NCBI GenBank assembly: GCA_030447305.1
Contig: JAUJPC010000002.1
Location: forward strand, 384,927 to 448,926
Reading direction: 5' to 3'
DNA length: 64,000 nucleotides
Source of the DNA: Actinomycetota bacterium
Lineage (GTDB): Bacteria > Actinomycetota > CADDZG01 > JAHWKV01
The notes under the pieces are model-generated. The model worked only from the letters and a program-made list of their open reading frames with translations, ran no database searches and was not told the origin of the DNA. Within the stretch, counting starts at the first letter, position 1; every line of letters starts with the position of its first letter. Made by a program: the position numbers and the translations under genes. This document shows, piece by piece, positions 9,678-19,788 of the stretch.

Positions 9678-10373
9678 ATGTCCCTCTCGCCGGAAGCGCA
9701 CGCACCGAAACCTTCGAGGCCTTCGCGGCCCCAGCGCTCCGACCCCGCGGAACGCCGGTTTCCGATCATCTACCGCCGGCTCAACCGGGCCTATCCCGGT
9801 GCCAAGTGCGCACTTAACTTCTCCAATCCCCACGAGATGCTGTTTGCGACCATCCTGTCTGCCCAGTGCACCGATGCCATGGTCAACAAGGTCACGGAGA
9901 AGCTGTTTCGCAAGTACCCAACCCTCGAAGACTATGCCGCCGCCGATCCGCTCGTCCTTCAGGAGGATGTGAAGCCGACCGGCTTCTTCCGCCAGAAGTC
10001 GAAGAACCTGCAGGCGGCGGCCCGCAAGTTGCTGGACGACTTCGGAGGTGAGGTACCGTCGACCATCGAGCAGCTGACCACGCTTCCCGGAGCCGCCCGC
10101 AAGACCGCCAACATCGTATTGGGGAACGCCTTCGGCAAGGTGGAGGGGATCGCAGTGGACACCCACGTGCGGCGGGTGTCGCAGAGATTGGGCCTGACCA
10201 CGAACGAGGACCCCATCAAGATCGAGCAGGACCTGATGAAGCTGGTGCCCAAATCGAAGTGGTTCCAGCTCAGCTATCTGTTCATCGAGCATGGCCGCGC
10301 GGTGTGCAAGGCCCCCGTGCCCAGGTGTGCGGACTGCATGCTGAGCGAGCTTTGTCCCTCCTCGCGGGTCTGA
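9678..10373 (+). CDS. nth: endonuclease III (DNA glycosylase/AP lyase)
   Basis: HhH-GPD region and C-terminal 4Fe-4S Cys cluster (CKAPVPRCADCMLSELC). Confidence 0.9.
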   Translation: MSLSPEAHAPKPSRPSRPQRSDPAERRFPIIYRRLNRAYPGAKCALNFSNPHEMLFATILSAQCTDAMVNKVTEKLFRKYPTLEDYAAADPLVLQEDVKPTGFFRQKSKNLQAAARKLLDDFGGEVPSTIEQLTTLPGAARKTANIVLGNAFGKVEGIAVDTHVRRVSQRLGLTTNEDPIKIEQDLMKLVPKSKWFQLSYLFIEHGRAVCKAPVPRCADCMLSELCPSSRV

Positions 10374-10374
10374 G

Positions 10375-11100
10375 ATGGCCGAGCGCGGCAACCTGTACGT
10401 GGGCACATCGGGCTTCGCGTTCAAGGAATGGAAGGGCCCCTTCTACCCGGAGGGGATCACCGACCGCAAGATGCTGGAGTACTACTCCTCAAAGCTAGGG
10501 TCGGTTGAGATCAACTACACGTTCCGCCGGATGCCGTCCGAGAGCACCCTTCAGACCTGGAAGGAGCAGTCGTCCGACGGCTTCCGGTTCACGCTGAAGG
10601 CGCCGCAGCGGATAACCCACTGGAAACGCCTGGTGGACGCCGAGGAGGACGTCGCGGAGTTTGTCCGGCGGGCCCGCCTGCTGGGCGACCGGCTGGGAAC
10701 GATACTTTTTCAGCTTCCTCCCAACTTCAAGTACGACAAGGAGAAGCTGGAGGCCTTCGCCGGCGCCCTGCCCCCGGTGGCTCGCTACGCAATGGAGTTC
10801 CGGCACGAGTCCTGGCGGGCCGATGAGCCCAAGGAGGTGCTGAAAGCGCACAGCATCGCTTACTGCGGGGCGGACACCGATGAGCTTGCGCTCGACGAGG
10901 TGCCGGTCACCGCTCCGCACGTGTATCTCCGGCTGCGGAAAGAACAGTATGGGGAGGAGGACCTGAAGGTCTGGAGCGAGAAGGTGGCCCAGGCCCTGGA
11001 GGACGGCCATGATGTGTACTGCTACTTCAAGCACGAAGGGGGCGGCGTGGGCCCGGCGTACGCCCTGGCGGTGGAGCAAGCGGCAGGGGTTCGCCGCTAG
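10375..11100 (+). CDS. DUF72 family protein (YecE-like)
   Basis: N-terminal YVGTSGFAFKEW and overall DUF72 pattern. Confidence 0.7.
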   Translation: MAERGNLYVGTSGFAFKEWKGPFYPEGITDRKMLEYYSSKLGSVEINYTFRRMPSESTLQTWKEQSSDGFRFTLKAPQRITHWKRLVDAEEDVAEFVRRARLLGDRLGTILFQLPPNFKYDKEKLEAFAGALPPVARYAMEFRHESWRADEPKEVLKAHSIAYCGADTDELALDEVPVTAPHVYLRLRKEQYGEEDLKVWSEKVAQALEDGHDVYCYFKHEGGGVGPAYALAVEQAAGVRR

Positions 11101-11345
11101 TCGATCTCGTCCCAGTCGGGCGCCGGGGGCGCCGTGAAGAACCGAACATCCCGGCGGATCCCGGCGAAGTAGAGGACTGTCCCGATGTAGAGCCCAAGGA
11201 CCTGAACCAGGATCCAGAACCGCTTGCTGCGCCCGGCTTTTTCCCAGGCGTCCGGCGGAAGCAGGGCCGCGTCGAGCATCCCCGCAAGAGGCACTAGAAA
11301 AAAGATGACCAGCAGGGTGCCCTCAACGACATCAAGCTCTCTCAC
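11097..11345 (-). CDS. small membrane protein, hypothetical
   Basis: 82 aa ORF with two hydrophobic segments. Confidence 0.35.
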   Translation of the reverse strand: MRELDVVEGTLLVIFFLVPLAGMLDAALLPPDAWEKAGRSKRFWILVQVLGLYIGTVLYFAGIRRDVRFFTAPPAPDWDEID

Positions 11346-11410
11346 CGAACAGAAAACCTACAACGACTTCATCCCGATGGGCGCTATCGTGGATTGACCC
11401 AAGGAGACAG

Positions 11411-12379
11411 ATGGCGCAAGAGCATCCCACAGTGATGTACGAGCAACTCCACCGTCCCAAGCTAGGGTTCTCTGGCCCGCAGGCGCTGTGGTTTCTCGAC
11501 CAGCTGGTCAGCAACCAGGTGGAGAATTTAACCCCCGGGCAGGGCCTTGAAGCCCTTCTCCTGACGCCCAAGGGCCGGATCACCTCCGTTCTTCGAATTC
11601 TGGCTACTGCGCAAGGGGCTCTTGTCGACGCCGACGGCGGAGACCTCCAGGGTCTTTACGATTTCTTCGCCAATCGGGTGTTCGCCACCCGGGTCCAGGT
11701 GAGCGACGTCACGGACGATTTTCTTATCCTCAGGCTCCTGGGGCCGAACGCTCTGTCAACCGTGGCGGCGGGTCTGGAGCTCAGCGAAGCCATGCCGGAG
11801 GGCGCCCACTGCAATTTGAGCGTCGGGTCGGCAATCGTGGTGGCCCTGGCTCCACCTTTCGAAGGCGTGGACCTGTGGGTCCGGCCGGAGCGCATGCCGG
11901 ACATACTCGCCGTGCTCGAAAGATGCCGGATCCGAACGATCGACCGTTCCGAATACGAGGTGATGAGAGTCGAGGCGGGCGTCCCGGCATTCGATCCGGA
12001 CCTGAGCGGGAGCTACCTGCCCCAGGAGGCTGCGCTGGAGCGGGCCGTCCACTACAGCAAGGGATGCTACCTGGGGCAGGAGGCGGTGGCGATGGCTCAG
12101 CGGGGCCGGGTTCGCAAGCGCCTGCGCCACCTGAATTTCACCTCTGAGACGGCACTGGGCGAGGTTTCCTTCGACGGTGAGGCCGCCGGCACGGTGACCA
12201 GTGTCTCCCGCAGAGGCTACGGCATTGGAATGATCAAAACGGCCGTGCCGCCGGACTCCCAGGTCACAGTCGGGGATACGAGAGCGCCCGCCACGGTGAA
12301 GGAGCTGCCCGGCACGGTATACGGGCCGAGCGTCCCGAGCGCCCGGGAGCTCCGAGAGCGCCTCCGGAACCCTGAGTGA
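11411..12379 (+). CDS. folate-binding aminomethyltransferase-like protein (YgfZ/GcvT family)
   Basis: GcvT-like fold signature; C-terminal SRRGYGIGMIK region. Confidence 0.6.
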   Translation: MAQEHPTVMYEQLHRPKLGFSGPQALWFLDQLVSNQVENLTPGQGLEALLLTPKGRITSVLRILATAQGALVDADGGDLQGLYDFFANRVFATRVQVSDVTDDFLILRLLGPNALSTVAAGLELSEAMPEGAHCNLSVGSAIVVALAPPFEGVDLWVRPERMPDILAVLERCRIRTIDRSEYEVMRVEAGVPAFDPDLSGSYLPQEAALERAVHYSKGCYLGQEAVAMAQRGRVRKRLRHLNFTSETALGEVSFDGEAAGTVTSVSRRGYGIGMIKTAVPPDSQVTVGDTRAPATVKELPGTVYGPSVPSARELRERLRNPE

Positions 12380-12383
12380 CCCG

Positions 12384-13919
12384 GTGAGCAGGCGCTCCGC
12401 GTTCGGCAGGGCCGCAGTCGCGATGGTTGCCGCCCTGCTCGTGGTTTTTGGAGGCCGCAGCCTGTCGCCACGTATCTCGTACCCCCCGGCCCGAGTCGCC
12501 TCACTTTTAGTCGCCCTGGTTCCCGGAGACTTTGCCACCTTCATGATCGAGCGCCTGGGTCCGCTTGCGCTGAGGGGCTTCGGAGTCGGTGTGAACATCG
12601 CCGCGGTCATTGCCGGCGGGTTCCTCGGCATCTGGATCCTGAAAGGCTCCGATTCCCGGAAGGCCCGGCGAGCGATCGCAGCCGGTTCGGTGATGTTCGT
12701 AGTTTCCGTGCTGCTGGCTCTGGGCGACGTTGGGGGGCTGTCGTTCCTTGCGGTGGTCGCTTACTTCCTTGCCGCGCTCGTCTTTGCGGTGATCAGCCTC
12801 GACTCATCCCTACTGGCCGCAGTTGAGCCCCGTCGGGTGGAGGGTGACGAGACACCCCTGGATGCGATGTCTCGCTCACGTCGCAGCTTCGTCGTCAAGG
12901 CCGGCTGGGCTGTGGGAGGCCTCCTTGCCGGCGGCAGCGTGCTGCGGGCGATCTTTGTCCGGCGGGGTGCCCCGAAGGTGAAGATCGTGGAGGCTGCCCG
13001 GCCATATGTCGCGCCCGCGGACGACAACTTCCCCGTGATCCCGGGCCACACACCCGAGATCACGGCGACCGAGGACTTCTACAACGTGGACATCAACATC
13101 GTTAAGCCGGTGGTGGACCACGCCGGCTGGAAGCTCAAGATCCACGGTCTTGTCGAGACCCCGTACGAGCTGAGCTACCAGCAGCTGCAGGACGATTTCG
13201 AGGTGGTGGAGATGGCCCACACGCTGACCTGCATCTCCAACGACGTCGGAGGGGACCTCATCTCCACCGCCATATGGCGCGGGGTGCGGCTAAGGGACGT
13301 GCTGGAAAGAGCGAAGCTCAGGGAAGGGATCGTCGACATCGTGTTTCGGGGAGAGGAGGGGTACTCGGACTCCATCCCCCTCGACGAGGCGCTCCAGGAC
13401 GACACTCTGGTGGTGTTCGGCATGAACGGAGAGGCGCTCAACACCAAGCACGGCTTCCCGGCACGGATCATCGTGCCGAATATCTACGGGATGAAGAACG
13501 TGAAATGGCTGACGGAGATCGAGGCAGTCAACGTGGACTACCAGGGTTACTGGATGGTCCGGGGCTGGAGCGACGAAGCCGTTGTCAAGACGCAATCGAG
13601 GTTCGACATCCCATCCGACACCGCCAGGGTCAGGCGGGGAGCTCGCCTCTCGGGTGTCGCGTGGGCGGGGGACCGTGGGATCCGGCGGGTGGAGATTTCC
13701 ACCGACCGGGGCGAAACCTGGAAGCCGGCGGTGCTGAAAAGGGAGCTGTCGAAGAGGACCTGGCGTCTGTGGGCCTCCGAGCTGGACACCGCCCCGGGAA
13801 AGGTTCGGGTTCTGGTCCGGGCGGTCGACGGAACGGGCGACGTCCAGGTCGCCCAGGGTTCCCGGCCACATCCCTCCGGAGCCACCGGTTACCACCTGCT
13901 GGACCTGACGGTGGAGTGA
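12384..13919 (+). CDS. molybdopterin-dependent oxidoreductase (sulfite oxidase family) with N-terminal membrane domain
   Basis: HTLTCISN, FPARIIVPNIYGMKNVKWL Moco-binding motifs; several N-terminal TM segments. Confidence 0.75.
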   Translation: MSRRSAFGRAAVAMVAALLVVFGGRSLSPRISYPPARVASLLVALVPGDFATFMIERLGPLALRGFGVGVNIAAVIAGGFLGIWILKGSDSRKARRAIAAGSVMFVVSVLLALGDVGGLSFLAVVAYFLAALVFAVISLDSSLLAAVEPRRVEGDETPLDAMSRSRRSFVVKAGWAVGGLLAGGSVLRAIFVRRGAPKVKIVEAARPYVAPADDNFPVIPGHTPEITATEDFYNVDINIVKPVVDHAGWKLKIHGLVETPYELSYQQLQDDFEVVEMAHTLTCISNDVGGDLISTAIWRGVRLRDVLERAKLREGIVDIVFRGEEGYSDSIPLDEALQDDTLVVFGMNGEALNTKHGFPARIIVPNIYGMKNVKWLTEIEAVNVDYQGYWMVRGWSDEAVVKTQSRFDIPSDTARVRRGARLSGVAWAGDRGIRRVEISTDRGETWKPAVLKRELSKRTWRLWASELDTAPGKVRVLVRAVDGTGDVQVAQGSRPHPSGATGYHLLDLTVE

Positions 13920-13976
13920 GATAGACCCTTACGACCGGACGGGAGCCGTCCCCCTCCTCAAGGTTAGACTGCCGGG

Positions 13977-15383
13977 ATGAAGACCGAGCTTGCGATCCTC
14001 GGCGGGGGGAACGGCGGTTACGCTGCTGCTTTGCGGGCCGTGCAGCTGGGTCTCGACGTCACCCTGGTCGAGAAGGGGAAAGTTGGCGGAACCTGCCTGC
14101 ACGTCGGGTGCATCCCCACCAAGGCGCTCCTTCACTCGGCGGACCTTGTGGAGAGCTTCCGCAAAGCCGGCGACTTCGGGGTTGTGGCGCAGCCGGCAAC
14201 CGTCGACTGGCCCAAGGTGCTGTCCCGCAAGGACTTCGTGGTCTCCAAGCACTTCAAGGGACTGAGCGCGCTGCTAAAAGCCAAGGGGATCAAAGTGGTG
14301 GAGGGTAAAGGGCGCCTGTCCTCGCCGAATACCATCGAGGTCGATGGGTCAGAAACGATCGAGGCCCGTTCCGTGATCCTGGCCTCGGGGTCCTACGCCA
14401 GGTCGCTTCCGTTTATCGAGGTCGACGGCGAAGCCTTCATCACCTCCGACCACGCGCTGTCGCTCGACTCGATGCCGCAGTCGATCATCGTCGTCGGTGC
14501 GGGTGCGGTCGGACTGGAGTTTGCCAGCGTCTTCGCATCCTTCGGAGCGGCGGTTACGTTGGTCGAGGCGCTGCCGAGGCTGGCTCCCGGAGAGGACGAG
14601 GAGGTCTCCAAGGAGGTCCAGCGCCAGTTCGAGAAGCGCAACATCAAGGTCTACACCGGTGCCAAGGTGACCTCGGCCGAGCGGACTGAGGCCGGCGCCA
14701 CCGTGACCCTCGAGACCTCCGCCGGCAAGGAGCAGACCCTACAGGCTGACCGGTGCCTCATCGCCATTGGACGGGGACCCGTGTCGGACGGCTTGGGATA
14801 CGAGGAGTCCGGTGTCAAGCTAGAGCGAGGTTTCGTCGTCGCCGACGAGCTATGTCGCACCGGCGTCGACGGCGTATGGGCGGTGGGCGATGTCATCACG
14901 CAGCCGGCCCTCAATCTGCCGTTCCCTCATTTTCAACTGGCCCATGTGGCGTTCGCCGAGGGCATTCGGGTCGCGGAGCAGGTCGCCCGCGTGCCCGGCT
15001 ACGGGCCTGTGGACTATGCCGGCGTACCTAGAGCGACCTACAGCTTTCCCGAGATCGCCTCGGTGGGTTTCACCGAGGCGCAGGCCAAAGAGGCCGGATA
15101 CTCGGTTAGGACCTCCAAGCTGCCCTGGGCGGCGGTCGGCAAGGCGACCATCCTTGGTGAATCGGCGGGCTTCGTCAAGGTCGTTGCCGAAAAGAACGGT
15201 CCGATTCTGGGCGTCCACATGGTAGGCCCTCGAGTAACCGAGCTGATCGCAGAGGCCCAGCTCATCACCAACTGGGAGGCCTATCCAACGGAGGTCGGGG
15301 CGTTGATCCATCCCCATCCCACGCTCTCGGAGGGCATCGGCGAGGCAATCCTTTCCCTGGCCGGGACCCCCCTGCACCGCTAG
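13977..15383 (+). CDS. lpd: dihydrolipoyl dehydrogenase (E3)
   Basis: FAD motif GGGNGGYAAA, redox disulfide GGTCLHVGCIPTK, full-length. Confidence 0.92.
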   Translation: MKTELAILGGGNGGYAAALRAVQLGLDVTLVEKGKVGGTCLHVGCIPTKALLHSADLVESFRKAGDFGVVAQPATVDWPKVLSRKDFVVSKHFKGLSALLKAKGIKVVEGKGRLSSPNTIEVDGSETIEARSVILASGSYARSLPFIEVDGEAFITSDHALSLDSMPQSIIVVGAGAVGLEFASVFASFGAAVTLVEALPRLAPGEDEEVSKEVQRQFEKRNIKVYTGAKVTSAERTEAGATVTLETSAGKEQTLQADRCLIAIGRGPVSDGLGYEESGVKLERGFVVADELCRTGVDGVWAVGDVITQPALNLPFPHFQLAHVAFAEGIRVAEQVARVPGYGPVDYAGVPRATYSFPEIASVGFTEAQAKEAGYSVRTSKLPWAAVGKATILGESAGFVKVVAEKNGPILGVHMVGPRVTELIAEAQLITNWEAYPTEVGALIHPHPTLSEGIGEAILSLAGTPLHR

Positions 15384-15471
15384 AGAACGGCTGTCTGATC
15401 GTCGTAACGGCGTTATCGGTCCCACATAGGTAAAACTAGAGACCAGATACCGGGGTAGAGAGGAGTCGAAC

Positions 15472-18165
15472 ATGCCTTACGACCTTTTTAGCGGGCACCT
15501 GCCCGACCCCTACCCCGACGAGACCGCCGAGTGGCTGGCGGCCATCGACGACGTGGCCGACACCCAGGGCCGCGCCCGGGCCCGGTACCTGCTTCACCGC
15601 ATCTTTCTGCACGCCCGGCAGCGCCAGATCGGCCTGCCGTCGATGGTGCAGACGGACTACATCAACACCATCCCGCCGGAGAGCGAGCCCTACTACCCGG
15701 GCAACGAAGCCCTGGAGTTCCGCATCCGCCAGCTCATCCGCTGGAACGCTGCCGTCATGGTGATCCGGGCTAACAAGCTTCACGTGGGCATCGGCGGGCA
15801 CCTGGCGACCTACGCTTCGGCCGCCGGGCTCTACGAGGTCGGCTTCAACCACTTCTTCCGGGGCAAGGACCACCCGGGCGGCGGGGACCAGGTCTGGCTT
15901 CAGGGTCACGCGGCTCCCGGCATGTACGCCCGCGGCTACCTGGAGGGCCGCATCACCGAGCAGCAGCTGGAGCACTTCCGCCGCGAGGCGGCCTGGAAGG
16001 GCGGCCTTTCGTCGTATCCGCACCCCCGGCTCATGCCAGACTTCTGGGAGTTCCCCTCGGTGTCGATGGGCCTGGTGTCGATCAGCGCCATTTATCAGGC
16101 GCGCTTCAACCGCTACCTGCACCAACGAGGGATCAAGGACACGTCTCAGCAGCGGGTGTGGGCCTTCCTCGGCGACGGCGAGATGGATGAGCCGGAGAGC
16201 GCCGGCGCACTGCACCTGGCTGCCAACGAGCCCTTGAGCAACCTCATTTTCGTCGTCAACTGCAACCTGCAGCGCCTTGACGGCCCCGTCAGGGGCAACG
16301 CCAAGATCATTCAGGAGCTGGAGTCCCTGTTCCAGGGAGCCGGCTGGAACGTGATCAAGGTCATCTGGGGTCGGGAGTGGGACGACCTGCTGGCCCGCGA
16401 CGCCGAGGGTGCGCTCGTTCACCAGATGAACACCACTCCCGACGGCGAGTTCCAGCGGTACTCCATCGAGTCGGGCGCCTACATCCGAGAGCACTTCTTC
16501 GGCCCCGACCCCCGGCTCCGCAGGATGGTGGAGCACCTGTCCGATGACGACCTGTGGCGACTGAAGCGTGGCGGTCACGACTACCGCAAGGTGCACGCCG
16601 CTTACCAGACCGCCGCCGAGCTGCACGATAAGCCCACGGTGATCCTGGCCAAGACGGTCAAGGGCTGGGCACTGGGTCCTGAGTTCGAGGCCCGCAATGC
16701 CGCCCACCAGATCAAGAAGATGAACGAACAGGAGCTGAAGCGCCTGGCGGAGCGGCTGAACATCGAGGTCTCGGACCGCAAGCTCTCGGGCGAGGAGCCG
16801 CCCTTCTTCCACCCGGGCGAGGACTCCGACGAGGTCCAGTATCTCAAGCACCGCCGCCAGGTGCTGGGCGGCTTCATTCCGCAACGCCGGACCAAGGCCC
16901 GCAAGCTGGTCCTGCCGGGAGACAAGGTCTACGACGTCTTCGACGCCGGCACCGAGAGCTCGAAACGGGAGGTATCCACCACAATGGCGTTCGTCGGCCT
17001 GCTTCGGGACCTGATGAAAGACCGCGACTTCGGTCCGCGGGTGGTTCCCATCATCCCGGACGAGGGGAGGACCTTCGGACTGGAGTCCCTGTTCAAGGAG
17101 TTCAAGATTCACTCGTCCGTGGGCCAGCTCTACGAACCGGTGGACCACAACATGCTACTGAGCTACTCGGAGAGCAAGCACGGCCAGATCCTGGAGGAGG
17201 GAATCACCGAGGCGGGCAGTATGGGGTCCATGACCGCCGCGGGGACTTCGTACGCCACCCACGGCGAGCACATGGTTCCATTCTTCCTGTTTTACTCGAT
17301 GTTCGGCTTTCAGCGAATCGGCGACCTGATCTGGGCGTTCGGGGATGCCAGGGGTCGGGGGTTTTTGCTGGGATGCACCGCCGGCAGAACCACACTGAAC
17401 GGTGAGGGCCTGCAGCACGCCGACGGCCACTCGATGCTCGTGGCGACCACCGTTCCAAACTGCATGGCCTACGATCCAGCGTTCGCCTACGAGACGGCGG
17501 AGATCGTCCAGTACGGCCTACGGCGAATGATCGAGGGGAACCAGGACATCTTCTATTACCTGGCTCTCTACAACGAGAACTACCTCATGCCGGCCAAGCC
17601 GGAGGGCGTGAACGAAGGGATCAGGAAGGGAATCTACAAATTCCGGACGGCGTTGCGGGAACGCAAGCACCGGGTGCAGCTGCTAGGCAGCGGACCCATA
17701 CTGGCGACTCAGGTCCTCAAGGCGCAGCAGATGCTGGACGCCGACCACGAGGTCGCTGCCGATGTCTGGAGCGCGACGAGTTACAAGCTGCTGCGTGAGG
17801 ACTGCCTGGAGACCGAGCGCTGGAACCGGCTGCATCCCGAGGAGGCGCCGAGACCCTCCTACCTGGAGCAGGCCATGAACGGGTCCGAGGGTCCGGTCAT
17901 CGCCGCAACCGACTGGATGAGGTCCGTGCCTGACCAGATCTCACGCTGGGTACCGAGTCCCTATCTGTCCCTGGGCACCGACGGGTTCGGCCGTAGCGAC
18001 ACGCGGGAGAGCTTGAGGCGCCACTTCGAGGTTGATGCAGAGCACATTGTGGTGGCCGCTCTGTCGGCTCTTGCCCAGGCGGGTGAGGTCAAGCCGGAGG
18101 CGGTACAGGCAGCCGTGGAGCGCTATGGCGTGGATCCGGAGGCGGTCTACTCCGGCCGAGCCTAA
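15472..18165 (+). CDS. aceE: pyruvate dehydrogenase E1 component, homodimeric type
   Basis: 897 aa full-length AceE-type E1; RBS GAGAGGAG upstream. Confidence 0.92.
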   Translation: MPYDLFSGHLPDPYPDETAEWLAAIDDVADTQGRARARYLLHRIFLHARQRQIGLPSMVQTDYINTIPPESEPYYPGNEALEFRIRQLIRWNAAVMVIRANKLHVGIGGHLATYASAAGLYEVGFNHFFRGKDHPGGGDQVWLQGHAAPGMYARGYLEGRITEQQLEHFRREAAWKGGLSSYPHPRLMPDFWEFPSVSMGLVSISAIYQARFNRYLHQRGIKDTSQQRVWAFLGDGEMDEPESAGALHLAANEPLSNLIFVVNCNLQRLDGPVRGNAKIIQELESLFQGAGWNVIKVIWGREWDDLLARDAEGALVHQMNTTPDGEFQRYSIESGAYIREHFFGPDPRLRRMVEHLSDDDLWRLKRGGHDYRKVHAAYQTAAELHDKPTVILAKTVKGWALGPEFEARNAAHQIKKMNEQELKRLAERLNIEVSDRKLSGEEPPFFHPGEDSDEVQYLKHRRQVLGGFIPQRRTKARKLVLPGDKVYDVFDAGTESSKREVSTTMAFVGLLRDLMKDRDFGPRVVPIIPDEGRTFGLESLFKEFKIHSSVGQLYEPVDHNMLLSYSESKHGQILEEGITEAGSMGSMTAAGTSYATHGEHMVPFFLFYSMFGFQRIGDLIWAFGDARGRGFLLGCTAGRTTLNGEGLQHADGHSMLVATTVPNCMAYDPAFAYETAEIVQYGLRRMIEGNQDIFYYLALYNENYLMPAKPEGVNEGIRKGIYKFRTALRERKHRVQLLGSGPILATQVLKAQQMLDADHEVAADVWSATSYKLLREDCLETERWNRLHPEEAPRPSYLEQAMNGSEGPVIAATDWMRSVPDQISRWVPSPYLSLGTDGFGRSDTRESLRRHFEVDAEHIVVAALSALAQAGEVKPEAVQAAVERYGVDPEAVYSGRA

Positions 18166-18175
18166 GCTCGGCCCT

Positions 18176-18227
18176 GCATGGACCGCGCCTGCGCCGACGC
18201 ACCGGCGCAGGCGCGGTCCATCGTTTT
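18176..18227 (+). terminator. rho-independent terminator after aceE
   Basis: About 19 bp GC-rich inverted repeat followed by GTTTTGG; a second hairpin (GGCCGAGC ctaa GCTCGGCC) embeds the aceE stop codon. Confidence 0.75.
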
Positions 18228-18354
18228 GGTCAACGACGCCCAGGATGTTACCGATACCACCTAATTTGAAATCGGGCACATCCCTTAGCCGAAACATTGA
18301 GTCCTGACTGGTTGGGTAAGATGCGGGGAAGTCCTCAAATAAGGTGTCGGGAAT

Positions 18355-19788
18355 ATGCAGCAGTTCAAGTTGCCGCAGCTCGGCGAGACGGTTCTGGAAG
18401 CAACGGTCACGCGCTGGCTCAAGCGGCCCGGGGACACAGTCGAAGTCGATGAGCCTCTGGTTGAGGTGTCCACCGACAAGGTTGACAGCGAGATACCCTC
18501 TCCGGCCGCCGGCGCCCTGACCAGGATTCTGGTCCAGGAAGGGGAAACCGTCCTAGTGGGCTCGGTGATGGCCGAGATCGACGGTGAAGGTCAGGCCGCC
18601 CCGCAGAACGGCTCTCCGGCTCAGGACGTGCCGGCTCCTCCCAAAGACCCTGCGCCTACCCCTTCGGCGCCTTTGGCATCACAACCGCCTCCGGCGCCTC
18701 CTCCCTCGAGGCCTGGCCCCGCTCCGGCAGCCCCTGGTAAGCCCGCTTCAGGCGAGTCCTCCGACCGCCACGCATCGGACTCCTCCTCTTCAGACGGGTT
18801 GGATGGCGACTCCCAGCCTTTTCGGGGTGTCCTCTCACCCCTGGTGCGGAAATTGGCGGCCGAACACGGGCTCGACCTGGCCGACATCCCGGGCACCGGC
18901 ACCGGCGGCCGAATCACCAAGCAGGATGTACTGGACGCGGCGGCCGGCCGGCCTAAGGAAGGCCCCGCAGCGGATATCGCAGCCCGCCCTGCCGAGCCGG
19001 CGCCCCCCCGGCCGGCCTCACCTTCCGGCATCGCCCCGGCGGCTCAGCGCTCGCAGGGGCTGGAAGAGACGGTGCAGGTCGGGGCAATGCGGAAAGCAAT
19101 CGCGGAGCACATGGTTTCGTCCTCCAACGAAACCGCACGGGCATGGAACACCATCGAGGTCGACCTGACGCGTGTCTCCCGGCTGAGAGCGCAGGCGGGG
19201 CCTGCTTTCAAGGCACGCGAGGGCTTCTCCCTCACGTGGATGCCGTTCGTTTCCAAGGCTCTGACCCAGGCGCTGCTGCGCTTCCCGTTGCTTAACTCAA
19301 CCTGGAATGGCGACGGAACCGTCACGCGGAAACGTTACGTGAACCTAGGCATCGCCGTCGCCCTCGAAAACGGCCTTATCGTGCCGGTGGTCAAGGGAGC
19401 CGAAACCATGAGCGTCGTCGGACTTGCCCGGGCCATCAGGGACGTCGCAGACCGGGCACGCAAAAAGAAGCTCACTCCGGATGAGGTGCAGGGTGGAACC
19501 TTTACGATCACCAACCCCGGCGGTTTCGGTTCCATCATGTCGGTGCCCATCATCAACCGGGGACAGGCCGCCATCCTGGCTTTCGACGCAGTGGTCAAGC
19601 GGGCAGTTGTGGTGGCCGACGAGGACGGGGAGGACGCCATCGCCATCCGGCAGATGACGTACCTGTCCATGTCCTGGGACCACCGCATCATCGACGGGGC
19701 AGAAGCGGCCCAGTTCCTCGCGCACCTGCGCAGCCTCTTGGAGGAGGCCGACTTCACTCCGGATCTAAGCGGTCTGCTTTCGAGCTGA
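18355..19788 (+). CDS. dihydrolipoamide acyltransferase (E2) of a 2-oxoacid dehydrogenase complex
   Basis: Lipoyl domain (VSTDKVDSEIPSP), Pro/Ala linker, E3-binding domain, catalytic DHRIIDGAEAAQF. Confidence 0.9.
   Translation: MQQFKLPQLGETVLEATVTRWLKRPGDTVEVDEPLVEVSTDKVDSEIPSPAAGALTRILVQEGETVLVGSVMAEIDGEGQAAPQNGSPAQDVPAPPKDPAPTPSAPLASQPPPAPPPSRPGPAPAAPGKPASGESSDRHASDSSSSDGLDGDSQPFRGVLSPLVRKLAAEHGLDLADIPGTGTGGRITKQDVLDAAAGRPKEGPAADIAARPAEPAPPRPASPSGIAPAAQRSQGLEETVQVGAMRKAIAEHMVSSSNETARAWNTIEVDLTRVSRLRAQAGPAFKAREGFSLTWMPFVSKALTQALLRFPLLNSTWNGDGTVTRKRYVNLGIAVALENGLIVPVVKGAETMSVVGLARAIRDVADRARKKKLTPDEVQGGTFTITNPGGFGSIMSVPIINRGQAAILAFDAVVKRAVVVADEDGEDAIAIRQMTYLSMSWDHRIIDGAEAAQFLAHLRSLLEEADFTPDLSGLLSS

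Noticed and set aside
8462-9769. 435 aa minus-strand ORF
   Set aside because: Antisense to the GC3-rich coiled-coil gene 8939..9652 and to the receiver-domain gene; Arg/Gly/Pro-rich composition typical of high-GC antisense frames.
15436-17148. 570 aa minus-strand ORF
   Set aside because: Lies entirely antisense to aceE, which has unambiguous full-length family motifs.
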